Shown piece by piece: positions 12,582 to 25,519 of a stretch of DNA of 64,000 bases. A model generated the notes under the pieces. The model ran no database searches, was not told where the DNA came from, and was given only the letters and a program-made list of their open reading frames with translations. The number at the start of each line of letters is the position of its first letter. The first letter of the stretch is position 1. This stretch comes from Podospora anserina (Eukaryota), in contig CM030338.1 in the NCBI GenBank assembly GCA_017654855.1, positions 1,488,001-1,552,000 on the forward strand, read 5' to 3'. The position numbers and the translations under genes are program-made.

Positions 12582-14432
12582 TCAGCTGGGATTCATAACC
12601 TTCAACACCTCCTCAATCTCCCTCGGCACATCCGTCAAATTCTCGTACCCGGTCTTGGTAACCAGGATATCGTCCTCGATCCTCACCCCTCCCAAATCCC
12701 AGTACTGCTCCAACGCCTTCTTGTTGATAAAGTGAGCGTGGTACGGAACGTCAAGGAAGTAAGCCCTGAGGTACTCCTTGCAAAAGTAACTGTTTCCTCT
12801 GTCAGCATCTCACCCTCATCACATCATCACAAGGAAAAAAAAACTCACATCCCCGGCTCAACAGTAACCACCATCCCCTCCTCCAACCTCTGCCTCCCAC
12901 CCCCAGCCGACCTCTTGGCCTTCTGCATCTGCACCACCCCCTTCCCCTGCCCATCCCCACCACCCCCCTCCTTCATCTCATCCCTAAACATAACCGCCAA
13001 CGTCTCCGGCAGCACCAGCTCCCTCTTGCTCGGACTCAACCTACACCTCGCACTCTTCACCCCACCCGCCGGACCCAAACTGCTCTTGCTATCCAGCAGC
13101 AACCTCTCCCTCCCACTAACATCATGCACCTCCAGCCCGACATGGTGTCCCAACCCATGAGGAAAAAACCCCGCTATCGTCCCCCTGGCCAGAATCTCCT
13201 CCTTGGTCCCGTTGTGCAAAATCCCCAGCCTCAACAGCTCCTCAATCGCCACCTTGCAAGCGTGGAGATGCAACGAAGAGTAGACAACCCCAGGCTTGAT
13301 CCTCTCAACACACTCCCTCTGCATCCTTAGCACAGCATGATAAATCGCCTTCGCCTCTGCCGAAAAGCTCCCTGGAATAGGGTACGTCCTCGTAATGTCA
13401 GACGCATAACAATTCCACTCACACCCCGCGTCCAAAACCACAAACTGATGCGGCTTAAGCGGCGCGTTGTTGTTGTCGTAGTGAAGCGTCGACGCCGCCG
13501 GCCCGGCACCGGCAATGATGGGGTACGCCTGCGTGTGCGCCCCCTGAGCAATACAATACCCTGCGAAAATAGCCTCCAGCTCCCGCTCGTTGCCGAGACG
13601 ACTCAGCCGTGACAAGGCAGCCCTGTGCGCGGCCGAGGAAACCGCATTCGCCCGCCGAATCTGCGCAATCTCATAGTCCGTCTTGACAACCCTCGCGGTC
13701 TCGATCGCGGGGCGAAGGGAGTGGGTGTCAATCTGCACGACGCCCTTGGGAGATTCCAGCTGGGGGGCTTGATCGGGGTGGAGGACGTAGATGGACGCGC
13801 CCGGGGTCAAGCTGGCGCAGATGTACCTGTTCACACCGGCCACGTACCGGACCTCGTCGACGTCGGTGGACGCCCTGACTTCTTCCAGGGTCGGGGTGCG
13901 GCCGTACCAGAGGATGGTGCGGGGGTCGGTGTAGGGGATCCAGAGGATGAGGTGGTCCTTGTGAAGATCATAAGTGACGGCGCAGCCTGGAAAGTTGGCG
14001 CCGGTGAGGTAGTAAAAGTGGCGGCGCTGGCGGAAGGCGGGGCCTTGGTCCGAGTCCTCGTAGTACTTGTCTTCGGCTCCGGGGAGGTAGATGATGCCGT
14101 TGGCGGTGGGGGGGAGCTTGGAAGCCACTTTTGTGACGTGGGTTTTGGCGGGAAACTTGATCTTCTCGTGAAGCCAGGCTGCGTTGGGAGGGGTGCCGTA
14201 GTCGGTCCAGGAGGCGGACCGCTTGTTGTTCCCGCGGGTTGCCGGCGAGGTCGGGGATGAAGAACCCGACGACGAGTTCTTCTTGTGTGCTTTCGGGAGC
14301 TTGACTTCGATGGCGCTGTGTTTTGCAATATCAGCCAACATGTCCTGTTATCATGCAACTCACTCACACCAAGCGGTGTACTAACAGAGCATCAAACTCA
14401 TCCACCATGACCAGGTCGTGATCGACCTCCAT
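12582..14432 (-). CDS. Xaa-Pro aminopeptidase/prolidase (M24B family)
   Basis: ATG 14432. Introns 14316-14385 and 12790-12848. Motifs [65 protein letters not shown] at 12582-12584. Confidence 0.93.
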
Positions 14433-16137
14433 TTTGACTGCTGTTTATGTCCTTGTCTCACGGCTGCTCCCAAAGATGTCTCACTGGCTCGCAGCTCTCG
14501 ATATGTGAGTGGCAGGCCCGGGCTATCCGATTGAGATGAGATATGAGAGGATGACGAGAGAGGGAGAGCGGGGTTGGTTCGAGCTGGTCTATGATTATTC
14601 AAAGCGGCGGTGTCTCGTTTTCGTCCCAAGAAGAACCGGACCGGCAGCGGGCAATCTTTCAGCGAAAAAAAAAAATCCCGATGGTGCCGATGGAGCTAGA
14701 ACCGTTTCTGTTGAATTAAATAAAAAATCCCCCAACAGAAAATCTGGAGGAGGCTGAAAGTTGGCAGCGGTTTATGAGGGTGTACTGTGGTGGTAGTGTC
14801 GCGAGTGACGGGCAGCCAGCCTTCTTATCGCGATAACGGTGGGCTGAGTGACGATAGGTAACCACCTTGCTTGCAGGGGTCTAGCAAGATGATGTTATCA
14901 CCGTTCAACACTGTCGTCAGTGGACTGCACTGGAACAGTATATGTATGGCGATCCGTATACACAAACGAAGAGGGTGGAGGAGAAAAGAAAAGAAGTCAA
15001 CCCCAGGAGGTCTCGTGGCAGATCCCAAAACGGTTATAGAGGCTGACCCTCCCACATTATTAGTCTGCTCTACTCCCCTCCAGCACGCATGTGAAAAAAG
15101 AAGGTTGCGCGTTGCGTCCCGTCCGTCGGGTGCACCGGACTCGGGTCTAGCCAGTCCAGAAGAGCAAAAACGGGACCGTTTAATTGGATCGGCCGGCTTG
15201 TGCGTTGCCGAACAGAAAGAGAGGCAGAGAGCGCTGCTTTGTCACGAACCAACCCAACAAGATGGTTGTCTTTGTTGGTGGATCTAGTAAAACGTCGGGG
15301 CAGTTTTTGGTGACGGTTGAATCGTTTCAGGTATCACAGAAACGAAAAGTCGGCAGAAACCGTTCGTGGCTGGGTAAGTAGACAACCACGGCAAGTCTAA
15401 GACGTGGGTAAATTCTCACGCCCTTCCAGTCTAAAAAGTCGACATGAGCACTCGGGCGCGCCCTATCGAGCCAGTCCAGGTCTGTCCCTGACTCGTCAAA
15501 TCCCAAATAGCTGGTTTTCGTACACCAAGAATAGCAGTAAAGACCCATGAATTCTTTCTTCTTAGGCTCGAACTCTATCTTGCTGACCGTGGTGTCTTTC
15601 CGCTCTCTCTTCCGCCATATCTATCATTTTCTTTTGCGTCCTATTACATGTACACCCCCAATAATGAATCGCTTCATCTCATTAAAACAAGAAAACCTAC
15701 ATCTCGGACTCCTCGTGTATTCCATGCTGTCCTAACAGACCTCGGGCCATCCACACACTCACCAAGGCCCACAATCCTCCCCCTCAAACTTCGTCCTGTT
15801 TTCCATGCACCATTCCGCTCTTTTGGGTATCAGGCCGCGACTAAAATGCAAAAGAAACGCTCTGTTGGGTCCAGCAACAATCCTTATTTCCTCTAGCCCG
15901 TGCCTCTTTAACCCACCGATGAATTTCCCAACCCAGTTTCCCTGACCCCGAACCCCAGACTTCGCCCAGCGATGCCGTATAAAGTTTATAAGTGTCGTGC
16001 ATAAGTGTTGTGCTGGCGCTAGGCCGAGCATCTTTGTGCCTGGAACGAAAACCTCGTGGTCCCTCCCCCTGACCCCAACTTAAAAGCTCTGCATCTAGCG
16101 TGCTGTTTTGTTGTCTTCCACCTCCTCATCCATGTGT

Positions 16138-19100
16138 CTATCGGTACCCGGAATTTTGCTGAAGCATGTCGTCCCACTCCCCTGTCGTGAAGTCCGGTTC
16201 GCCCATAATGTCTTCCATCATATCCCTCTGTTGAGGCTGCCCCTGGTGATGTGGGCCTGCGTGTGAGGCCAGGCCCTGCGGAGGAGCATGGGGCTGACCA
16301 TGCCTGGGGGAAGGCTGCATCGCAATCATGTTGGCCGTGTTGTACATCTGCGTCGCCGGGCTCATCGTATGCGGAGGTCCTTGCCCCTGAGACATCAGAT
16401 ACGGTGGGATCGGACCCATCAGTTGGCCCTCGATGTCATCGTAGATACTAGGCATGTAAAACTGCATGGAGGGTGCCGGAGGTTGCCCTGGAAGCCCGTG
16501 CGGATGTCCCGGTCGAGCATGGTGCCCAGCAGGGTCCATTAGCGGCGCATTGGGATACGCAAAAGGGTCGCCGGTGGGAAACATCATGGCGTCAACTTTG
16601 TAGACCGGGTTTGCGCCTTGCGGGTGTCCCTGCGGAAAGGTTTGGGCATGTCTCGGGGCAGGAGCCATATGCGCGGCTCTGGCTTCGGGAGTTCCCCGGC
16701 CCAACGTCAAATCCATTGGCAGTAGGTCCTGCAGATTGGAAAAGTTTTGACTCGCCAAGCTGCCCTGCGGAAGACCCAATGCGTCAAACGAGGATGTCCT
16801 CTGAGGAGGCAGCCGTGCTTCCCGTCGAAGGGCGCCAGTGGGTGGGCGAATCACCTCCTCGGACCTGCGCTGTGGAACGTCATCTTGCACTCCCGGCCGG
16901 GCTGGAAGGACCACGCTCGATTTCGATCCCGCAGGCGCTGCGCGTTTCTTGGAGGGCATTGGTCGTGTCGATGCTTTCTTGAGCCGTTCTGGCAGTTGTT
17001 CAAACAAGGGCTATGGTATGTTAGAACCATCGTCATGACGAACTTGAAAACGACACAATTTCTCGACTTACATTCAGGGCATTTGTGATCCGATCCGCTG
17101 CTAGACTGCGTTGAGCCAGACTCGCGATAACCTCCCGCCCGGTTTTGGCATCTGCTAGTATCTCGGCAGCTCCAGCCTTGTCGGGATTTTCCAGAACGTA
17201 GTATATCAAAGAGAGAATGGCGAAGAATTGCGAATAGAGAATAAACCAGTAAGGCCCGATCAGCACCGCCTGTTTGCGAATTTCGATTCCGATATGCACA
17301 ATGTTTCGAGAAACGCTGACACCCGCGGCAGCACAGTTGTAGTATCGATCGTCAATCTTCTTGCCGGCCGTCTGACGTGGGGAGATGTAGTGAAGAAACG
17401 GACGGTACAGCATCATCTGGACATGGGCGTAGCCAAATCTCAGCAGAGTTCGAACTCTACGGACCTGGCGTTAGTGCTCGTCCAAGTTGTCAGCAAGAAA
17501 GGGTTGGCGTACCTGATAACCTCGATTGGCCCATCCGGGCTGGGGCGCCAATGTGTAGGGAGCTGTTCGTGCCACTCCTGGAGCTCGGCCTCAATCTCCT
17601 TGATCCGGGCATAGCTGATCATGTATCTCGAGTTCACCCGTCCCTGATTCACACAATCCTCGACAGCCTTGACAGGATAAATGTACTTGACAACCTTTGT
17701 CAAAATGGCCATGAGCCTCGTGTGGGCATTGAAAGCTTCGAAAAAGGAAGGCGTGCCTGGCGGAGGTGTAAGTATAGCCTCGCTCGTAATGTATTCATCA
17801 TCCACCTCGGTCGGCATGGGCTGGTCGACATCGTCGTCGTGGAGCAAGAGAGGGAATCCCAAGATTGCTGAAATGTAGATGTCCATTTGCCGGACAACAT
17901 GGAACACGCGCCGTCTCGTTTCATCCTCAATCGGCGTGATCTTTTCGTGTGCTAAATGGCGATGGAGCCCCATTCGCAGGCTAGAACGTAGAGCAATGCC
18001 GAGAAAGGCATAGCAGCCGCTGATATTGCTTGTTGCTTGTAAGAAAAGAATCATGTAGACCAAGCCTTGTAAAGAAACCATATCCCGGCACTCGGCCACA
18101 TCTTGTAGGATCATCCGAGCGGATGTGTAATACTTGATTCTGAAACCAGTGTTAGAAAGCACGAATAGGAAGGCTTCAGGGACGAGACACCTACCCTTGT
18201 TCAACAGCCGCCTTGTACGAGGACGGTCCGTCTCCAGCCTCAACATCCGAGACATCGTAAACACAACCTAGGGCCAGCACCGAATAGAGAAGCCCGAGGA
18301 ATCTGTGCTCATCATTTCCCCAGGCCTCCTGAGGTGTCGAATACAGCTTGTCAAACTTTTCGTAAAACGAAGGTTGGTGGACAACCCGCAAGAGACATGT
18401 TGCACAGTTGAAGGAGTAGTAACAAAGTGTGCGGGCCCTGTCCTGGGCCGGAAGATCATAGATATTGGGAGGAGCTGGCGTGTTGGATGCCGTTGAAGGT
18501 TCCCAGAGCGAGCCGGCGTTGGAGCGAGGGGAGTCGAGGCTGAACATGCCGGCCGGACGAGATGGTCGCGGCAGAAAGGGGATGCGGTAGTCGTTGCCCA
18601 ACAGCCCCTCGAAATGCTCCTTCATCCTCCTCAGAAAAACCGCTCCCGAGGAGTTGCCATGGAAGTCCCATTCTCCGCCTTCGTTAATGTCAAGCTGCCC
18701 AATGGACTCGATCATGGACATGATCTGGGCATCCTGGCTTTCTGTTTTCTCCTGGGCTGGCGGCGTGTCTGATTTGGCTTTGGCCGCCTGCGCTCTTGCA
18801 TTTTGTCTGTTGCGGAACTCCTGTTGGACTGACGGGTCAAGATTCGGGTCGCTGAGGTCGACATCTGGCATAAACTTGCGGAGGAGCGTCTCTGCACGCT
18901 GGAGCCTCGCCTCCAAGGCCTCGATATACTGCGGAGCTGGGTTCCTGCGGCGGTTAGAGGGTTTGTCATAGGTGCACTCTGAGAACTCGGTCAGCAAAAC
19001 AACAGCAGGAGGCCGAAGAAAACTCGTTTGGTGCTCACCATAGCTGTAGACAGAGCAATGAGTGCAAGGCTGCTTGCCATCACACTTGATCTTCTTTCTG

Positions 19101-19390
19101 CGACACTCATCGCATGCTCGCGTGACCCGGCGACGCTTCTGCAGGGGCATGCTCGGGGCATCGCCAGCGCCATCTTGGGATTCAGGGGCCTCGGAATCTA
19201 CCTTGCCGGTGTCCTGGGCTGAAGACTTTAGGCTCTCGGTGGGGGAGCCATGTTCTTCCTGCGACAAGTCTGCCGACTCATCATCAGACATGCCGGGGGG
19301 GCTGTTGGCGCTCCTCCGGTTGGGCTGCGGTGCCTGCGAGGAGGGACGAGTTCGGCGACGTGTTTTGTTTTCCACAGAGGGTTCTGTCAT
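16138..19390 (-). CDS. ASG1: Zn(II)2Cys6 transcription factor with fungal TF middle homology region, Asg1-like
   Basis: [37 protein letters not shown] and MGLHR..EDETRRRVF. Introns 18979-19038, 18140-18194, 17457-17512, 17011-17071 join the ORFs in frame. The start codon is uncertain; the first in-frame ATG is at 19390. Confidence 0.85.
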
Positions 19391-22300
19391 GCTGGTGCCC
19401 GGCAATACAGGAACGGATGGCTTCCTCCTGCCTGCCCACCGTGATGAAATGCTGTTACCCCTATTCAATGATGATCCTTCAGCTTGCTCGCATGTCGTGG
19501 TAAGCCACAGAACGGGTCTGAGCTTGTCGAGGTAGCCTCGAGCACACACACTTGCTGACAGAACACGCCCGCGGCAACGGCAACGGCAAGGCCAGAAAGC
19601 TGTAGCTGGTGGACGTGGCCCGAACTGAGGGAAGTTTGGACGGGCTTGAGCACAAGCGGAGTGATCCGGTGGTAAAGTGTTTGAATTCCGCCGTGGGTAA
19701 CCTTCACATAGGTATACTTTCTAGCACCAACAAGGGGGAGGGGAGGAAGGGGGAGAGCCCAGAGTGGGGAGGGGGGTGGCTCTAGGGTAATCTATCGGTA
19801 TGTGTACGTACGGTAAGTACGGCACCTGTCCACAGCCAAGAAATCGCAGAAGCCTTGCCCGATCAAGTCCACAACTCGCGCGGAGTCTCTCGGGGCCGGC
19901 TCCGCTGATGCCCGCTTGGATGGGGGATGCTGGAGTCCCAAGCACGAGCACGCCAGATACCCAGCCAGAGGTGGGACAGGCAGAAAAATTGGACGCCGAC
20001 ACGAAATGTTTGGATGAGTTATCAGGATCCCGCAGCAAAAATGGCCCTGTCAGTGGGCCCCGCCGTAGGGATACGTTTGGCAACAAGAGAACAGTTCGAA
20101 GAGGATCTGAAAACCGTCGAGGGGCGCGACGTCAGGGAGGGGCCGCTGCTGGTTCGGTCTAGTGTGACACGGACGCGAGACGAAGCAAGTCTTCTTGCTG
20201 GTAGTGGTGTGGTAGTCTACCTACTCTTGCGGAGGAACTGTCGCAGATACCATGAGGGATTGAAGAAAAGCCAACCGCGGCGGGGATAAGAAATGCCGTC
20301 AAAAAATATCCAACCGTAACCGCAAAGCCAATTGAGAAATATTGTACGTAGTAGTCCGGACTCGCCGTTGACCAGCATCCCATCCCGAGAGATTGACAAC
20401 ACCGATGATCTAACGCCAACAGGCAAGTGATGGGGTTCGATGACTGAACCGCAGAGTGTGCCTTGCCTGTCTGTCTGGCATGTCGGATGTGTAAGAGGGC
20501 CAAGACTGTCCCCAAGGTAGAACAAATCCTGGGCTCGCGCGATGGTCAAGAATTGGGGTCGTCTGGTTGGCCAACGAAGGGGTCTCCAAGCGGTGGGGGA
20601 CCCCTGATGACGGGGCTGTCAAGGATCATATCAACGTCGATGAGATCAAAGCTTGGGCTTTGAGGAACACCCATCAAACAACTCCCGACGGGAGTCATCC
20701 TCCGCGTATAGCGTACCTACCTATGTTAGTGTAGACCCCAGAAGTCAGTTTGTATATGTGTGCTGGATCTGCCATCGGTGCCATCTCAACTACGAGCACC
20801 ACTCTACCTGCAGGTATGTAGGTAATCCTGTACATGTCTGTGTGACATGAGTGTGAGTAAGCAGAGCTGTGAGGCGACCAAGAGATAATAGACAGAGACG
20901 GCAGGACACGAGGATAGGAGCGCGTGCGATGTCTCGTTGAGCCAGTCCAGAATCAGCTGCTGCTATTTTTTTCTTTATTTGTTTCGCGGGGAAGCTGGCT
21001 GCACGAGGCCTCTGTATAAAGCAGGGCGACGTAAGACGATGATGCGGGCTGTAGAGAAAAGACGGGTAGCGGGATGGCGGGAGAATTGGGTTGTGCAGTT
21101 GCGGGTATTTTCGAGCATCTCTATGTCTCGGTCCCACCATCCATGCCACATTGACAGTGGCCCGTCTGGTTGTTGACAAGACCCCTCTGCTGGTCTCCTC
21201 CGACTTCAGGAACCGAACCGTCCAGACCTCAGGCACTTGCTGGGCATCCAGTGGAGAGTCATCGCCAACCAGTTGCTTGCTGGTCACGGCCCAAGAACCC
21301 CAAGAGCGAACGCCAGGACGCGCCAGAGCGCCAAGTGTCTGCTGTGTGCGCTCGGCGGCTGCATGTTGGCGAAGAGGGACGAAAGGGATGGCGGCCAATA
21401 TCATCTAGTGGGAATTCCGAGGAGTCGAAGGCTTATTCCCGAGTTGAGCTCGCGAGCGATCGAGGAGAGGGGGCTGGGGAGTCCATCCTCGAGCTCTTGA
21501 GTTAATGCAGTGACAATGTTGAGCGTCTGTGGTGCTCTCCCACACCCCGCCCCAGATATACAATAGTGTACACCATAATGTCGCAGAACCACCACATTCC
21601 GCGTTAGTCTAGCCGCCTGCTGGTAACTGTTGATCAGTGGGGGAACAAGCACTATCGACCCAATGCGTGTGCCTGTCCCAGGCGCCATGGGGAAGCTTCA
21701 TCTTTCGGGGAGACGGCACGCCCTGTGCCTGACATCTGGGAACGGGCAGCGATTGGCTCCCCCTTCAGGATGGGGGGAAAACGTCGCAGTTGAAACGGCA
21801 GGGCGTCAAGCAGCAGTCGAGCATCTCGTGAAAACTCTTCCAGGTTCCAAGGGGGCCGACAACCGCGGCCGTGGGCAGGTGTGTTCGCAAGCTGTGCTTC
21901 CAATGTCGTTGTGGGAAAAACGGAGCGTCATCATGAGATTGCATCCTTGTGGAGATGCCAAGACACTGAGGGGCCTCGCTAACATCTCGGCAAGGGCTCG
22001 GCACACGTCAAAGCCTGGCTTGCAACGGAAATCAGGTCATTTGTACATCAGTACATGCGGGCACTATTCCGCTTTGGACCGCCCGTAGACCTGTCGGCGA
22101 ATCACAGCGCCGCTCTGCAACGCAGACTTTTCGCAAGAGGTTAGGCATATACCTCTGCCACGGTTATTAATGTTAACGCGACAGGGGTCTTTTGGTGGAA
22201 GTTGCGCTGGCCGCACTAAACATTTACTTCGCCTGCGGAATTGTAGAGTAGAGATAAACGACAACAGGCGACGCCCAAAACCACCTGCTGTATAAAACTT

Positions 22301-23600
22301 TTCGGTGCAGGATGGTTCTCTTGCACACAACACCCCGATTCGCTTACCTTTTCCGTCTTGCGGTTAGACACTTTGATGGTTGTAGTAGTACCAAACTGAT
22401 AGCGATGGAGTCCCTCAACCATTCCACTTATTGCACCGTATCCCCGTATCCCCGTATCCCAAGCATCTAGCGCCCACATCCCGAGGCAGTCCGAAGAGAG
22501 AAAAGGGCAACACATGGACGTTCTGGTGGGTTGTGGTCATGTGCCTCTCTGCAGTGCTGCTTGCCCTTGCAAGCCCAGCAAGGCGGCCTGTCAGCCTTGC
22601 GGGAATCGTGCCGTCTTTTGGGGCGGAACCATCAAAAATGTTCCGAGATATCCGTGATCCTGGCTGCCTAGACTGTTATCCCCTGTCAGAGCGAGCCTAA
22701 CCTGGCAAAATCAAGATGGAAAAGTTGCGAATCTCATCTGCATACCAAGGCCACCCGTCTGTCGCATCCATCTGCTTGTGCTTCCACCATAGGCTGAGTG
22801 GTGTCTCGTCGACAAAACGAGCCTCTAACAGATCTTAACGTGACGGTAATCCACAGCAGTTGCGAGATTCCAGGTTGTTTAAAGTCGCCAAGGTCCACTC
22901 GGCTATCGCCGAACCAATTGCACGACAACCAACCGATGACGCGGTGAGCTACATACCGTTCTGAGAACTTTTGAAAAGCTTGCGGTGAAGTTTGTAGCGA
23001 ACGATGAATCCCAACAGGGAGGAGGTGCGTATAGTCGGCTAATCGATGAGTCTGAGGACGGCCCCAAACCGGAGTATGTCTATGCATTATTTGCCTTGGC
23101 AAAAGTCGACCGTTTTTACAACCTGAATTGAGAAGCTTATCATTCAACACGGAATAAAATGGAGAACCGAAAAGGGGTGTAACTAATCGCGGGATTCGGA
23201 GATGCTGTGTTGACATGAGCTTCAAAATGAGCCGTAACAACGATATCCTTGAGAGAGGCATTCACATGACAAAAATGACTTTTTGTAGATACGGCGGCTC
23301 TGGGTGGACATCAAGCGACTGAAGGTTCAAGGTGAGCAAAGGACGCAGGGCCAGGGACGGTGTCTCCGGTGAGTTCCGTAATCCGTACCTATGCCCCGCA
23401 CCGGTTCCCCACCATACCGTGCCTACCCCACCATCCGCCAACGAGAGCTCCATCTTATCGCCAGGCTGCAGCTAGCTGACCATCCATCAACTTATCTCTC
23501 GTCCAGCCTTGCCTAAACCATCGACGTCAACCAGGCCCAGGTATCGCAACATCTTCTCAGCCTTGCGTTCTCGACTCCATTCACAAAACCAGCCGCAAAG

Positions 23601-25188
23601 ATGGCCGACCCTCTGCTGGAGTTCTTCACCCAGATGGACATCCAGGGCGGTGTTGTCGTTCAGGGTGAGTGTGCCCCTCTTCAACGACCGAACCCCGCGA
23701 TCCATCTCCCATTGCAATATCACCATTACGATCAACAACGGTAACTAATTGGTATGTACTAGATTCCCCCAAATTTGATCTCGATCTCTATATCCAAAAC
23801 TACCGCGGCCGTACCAGATTTGACCGTCTCCTCCTCATCGGCCGTAGCTCAGTAAAGCTCTGCGTCGAAGCTCTCAAGGCCGCCCTCGCCGAAGCCAAGC
23901 GTGGCCGCGACACCCAGCGATACAGAGACGTTTTTGAATACCTTCGCGTAGCTGCTCCCAATGACCCCGATGCCGTCTTTGATAAGAAATGGGTAGACAG
24001 GCAGGACGTCGCCAACCATGAAGAGACCCAACGGCTGCTCACCGAGCTAAAGGGATATAAGAACAACCTTGTCAAGGAGAGCATCCGGGTAAGCATCACC
24101 AACCTTCTTTCACGCAAACCATTCTAACCGTATGCCAAACAAAAGATGGGCAACGAAGACCTAGCCAAACATTACGAAGCAATCGGCGACCTCAACGCGG
24201 CCTCTGAGCACTACTCCAAAATGCGCCCCGACGTCTCCACGGCGAAGCACGTCATCGACGTCGGCAAACACCTCGTCCGCGTGGCCATCCAAAGAAGAGA
24301 GTGGAGCATGGTCGCGCCCCATCTCGTAAAGATGACGCTCGGGGGGCAGTACCCCGAAGAAGAGCGCAACGCCCAACCGTTCATCCGCGTAGCTTCTGGC
24401 ATCGCCCTCCTCGGCCAAGAAAAATACTGGGAAGCGGCCCTCTCCTTTCTCGACGCCGACCCAAACGTCCCGCCAAAAGCCTACAATGAACTCGCCAGCC
24501 GTAACGACATTGCCGTCTATGGCGGTTTGCTTGCGCTGGCGACAATGGACCGCAAGCAGCTCCAGAGTATGGTGTTGGAGAACCAGAATTTCAGAGTGTT
24601 TCTGGAACCGGAGCCGCACATCAGGCGGGCGGTGACGATGTTTGTTAATGGGAGGTATTCGGCTTGCATTGAGATTTTGGAGGGGTACAGGACGGATTAT
24701 CTGCTGGACATCTACCTCCAGAAGCACGTCAGCAAGATTTATGCCAAGATCAGGAGCAAGTGTGTGGTGCAGTATCTGATTCCGTTTTCGTGCGTGAGTT
24801 TGGACACGCTGGAGAAGGCGTTTGGGAGTCCAGAGAGGCCGATTGAGGAGGAGCTGGCGGTGATGATTGAGGAGGGGGTCTTGGAGGCGAGGATTGATGG
24901 GCTCGAGAGGGTAAGCTTTACTGCCTTTTTTTGTTTTTTTGGATTGTCATACGGTGTGCTAATGATGAATAACAGCTCGTCAACACAGTCAAGATTGACC
25001 CGAGAGCTCAAATGCAGGCTTCGGCATTGGTTTCTGCCGAGAATTACGAGAAGCAGGCTATTGAGCGGTTGAGAAGGATGGCGATTGCAGCTGCGGATTT
25101 GGAGCTGATGCCGACCAAGAAGCAGGGGTTGCATCTCCCGCTTGGTGGTGATATTTCTTTTGGGGATCAGGAGATTGTGATGGGTTGA
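23601..25188 (+). CDS. CSN1: COP9 signalosome subunit 1 (PCI domain)
   Basis: ATG 23601. Introns 23665-23762, 24089-24145, 24911-24975. Motifs YRGRTRFDRL, ELKGYKNNLVKESIRMGNEDL, DIAVYGGLLALAT, DYLLDIYLQKHV, LEARID. TGA at 25186-25188. Confidence 0.93.
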
Positions 25189-25519
25189 GACAGACAAGTC
25201 AGGGTTAGGGATTATTATGATATGAAACGAAACGAGATAGCATTGGTTTTTGAGTTTTTGTTTTTGGCATTGCCCGTTTGCGTATACCGGGTAAAGGGAA
25301 AAGGAGTATGGGGATAAGCATAGTAGTTATGAGACATTGAGAATCCACGAGTACAGCACGAAGGCTGAATCCCGGAATCGAACTGAGATCATCTCTTAAT
25401 TTGTCCTTGCTGATTAGTTCTCCAAAACTGAGGTTGTCTAGTTGTTCCATGTTTATGTTGGGGTATCATTTGTTCTACAGCATTTTCCACCTTCCCACAT
25501 TTTCCCGTTTTCTTTCTGT

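Noticed and set aside
16120-16140. TAG stops of the Asg1-like gene (and likewise PRP18 at 25520) as stop-loss editing targets
   Set aside because: In-frame extensions are only 3 and 13 codons with no targeting signal, unlike the SAP18-like case.
22734-23453. Two abutting same-frame minus-strand ORFs separated by one TGA (possible readthrough gene)
   Set aside because: Neither half resembles a known protein, there is no coding-like codon bias, the region is the CSN1 upstream region, and TGA ATG is not a known readthrough context.
25198-25212. Telomere-like AGGGTTAGGG
   Set aside because: Fewer than two full repeats, in the CSN1 3' UTR; consistent with chance.
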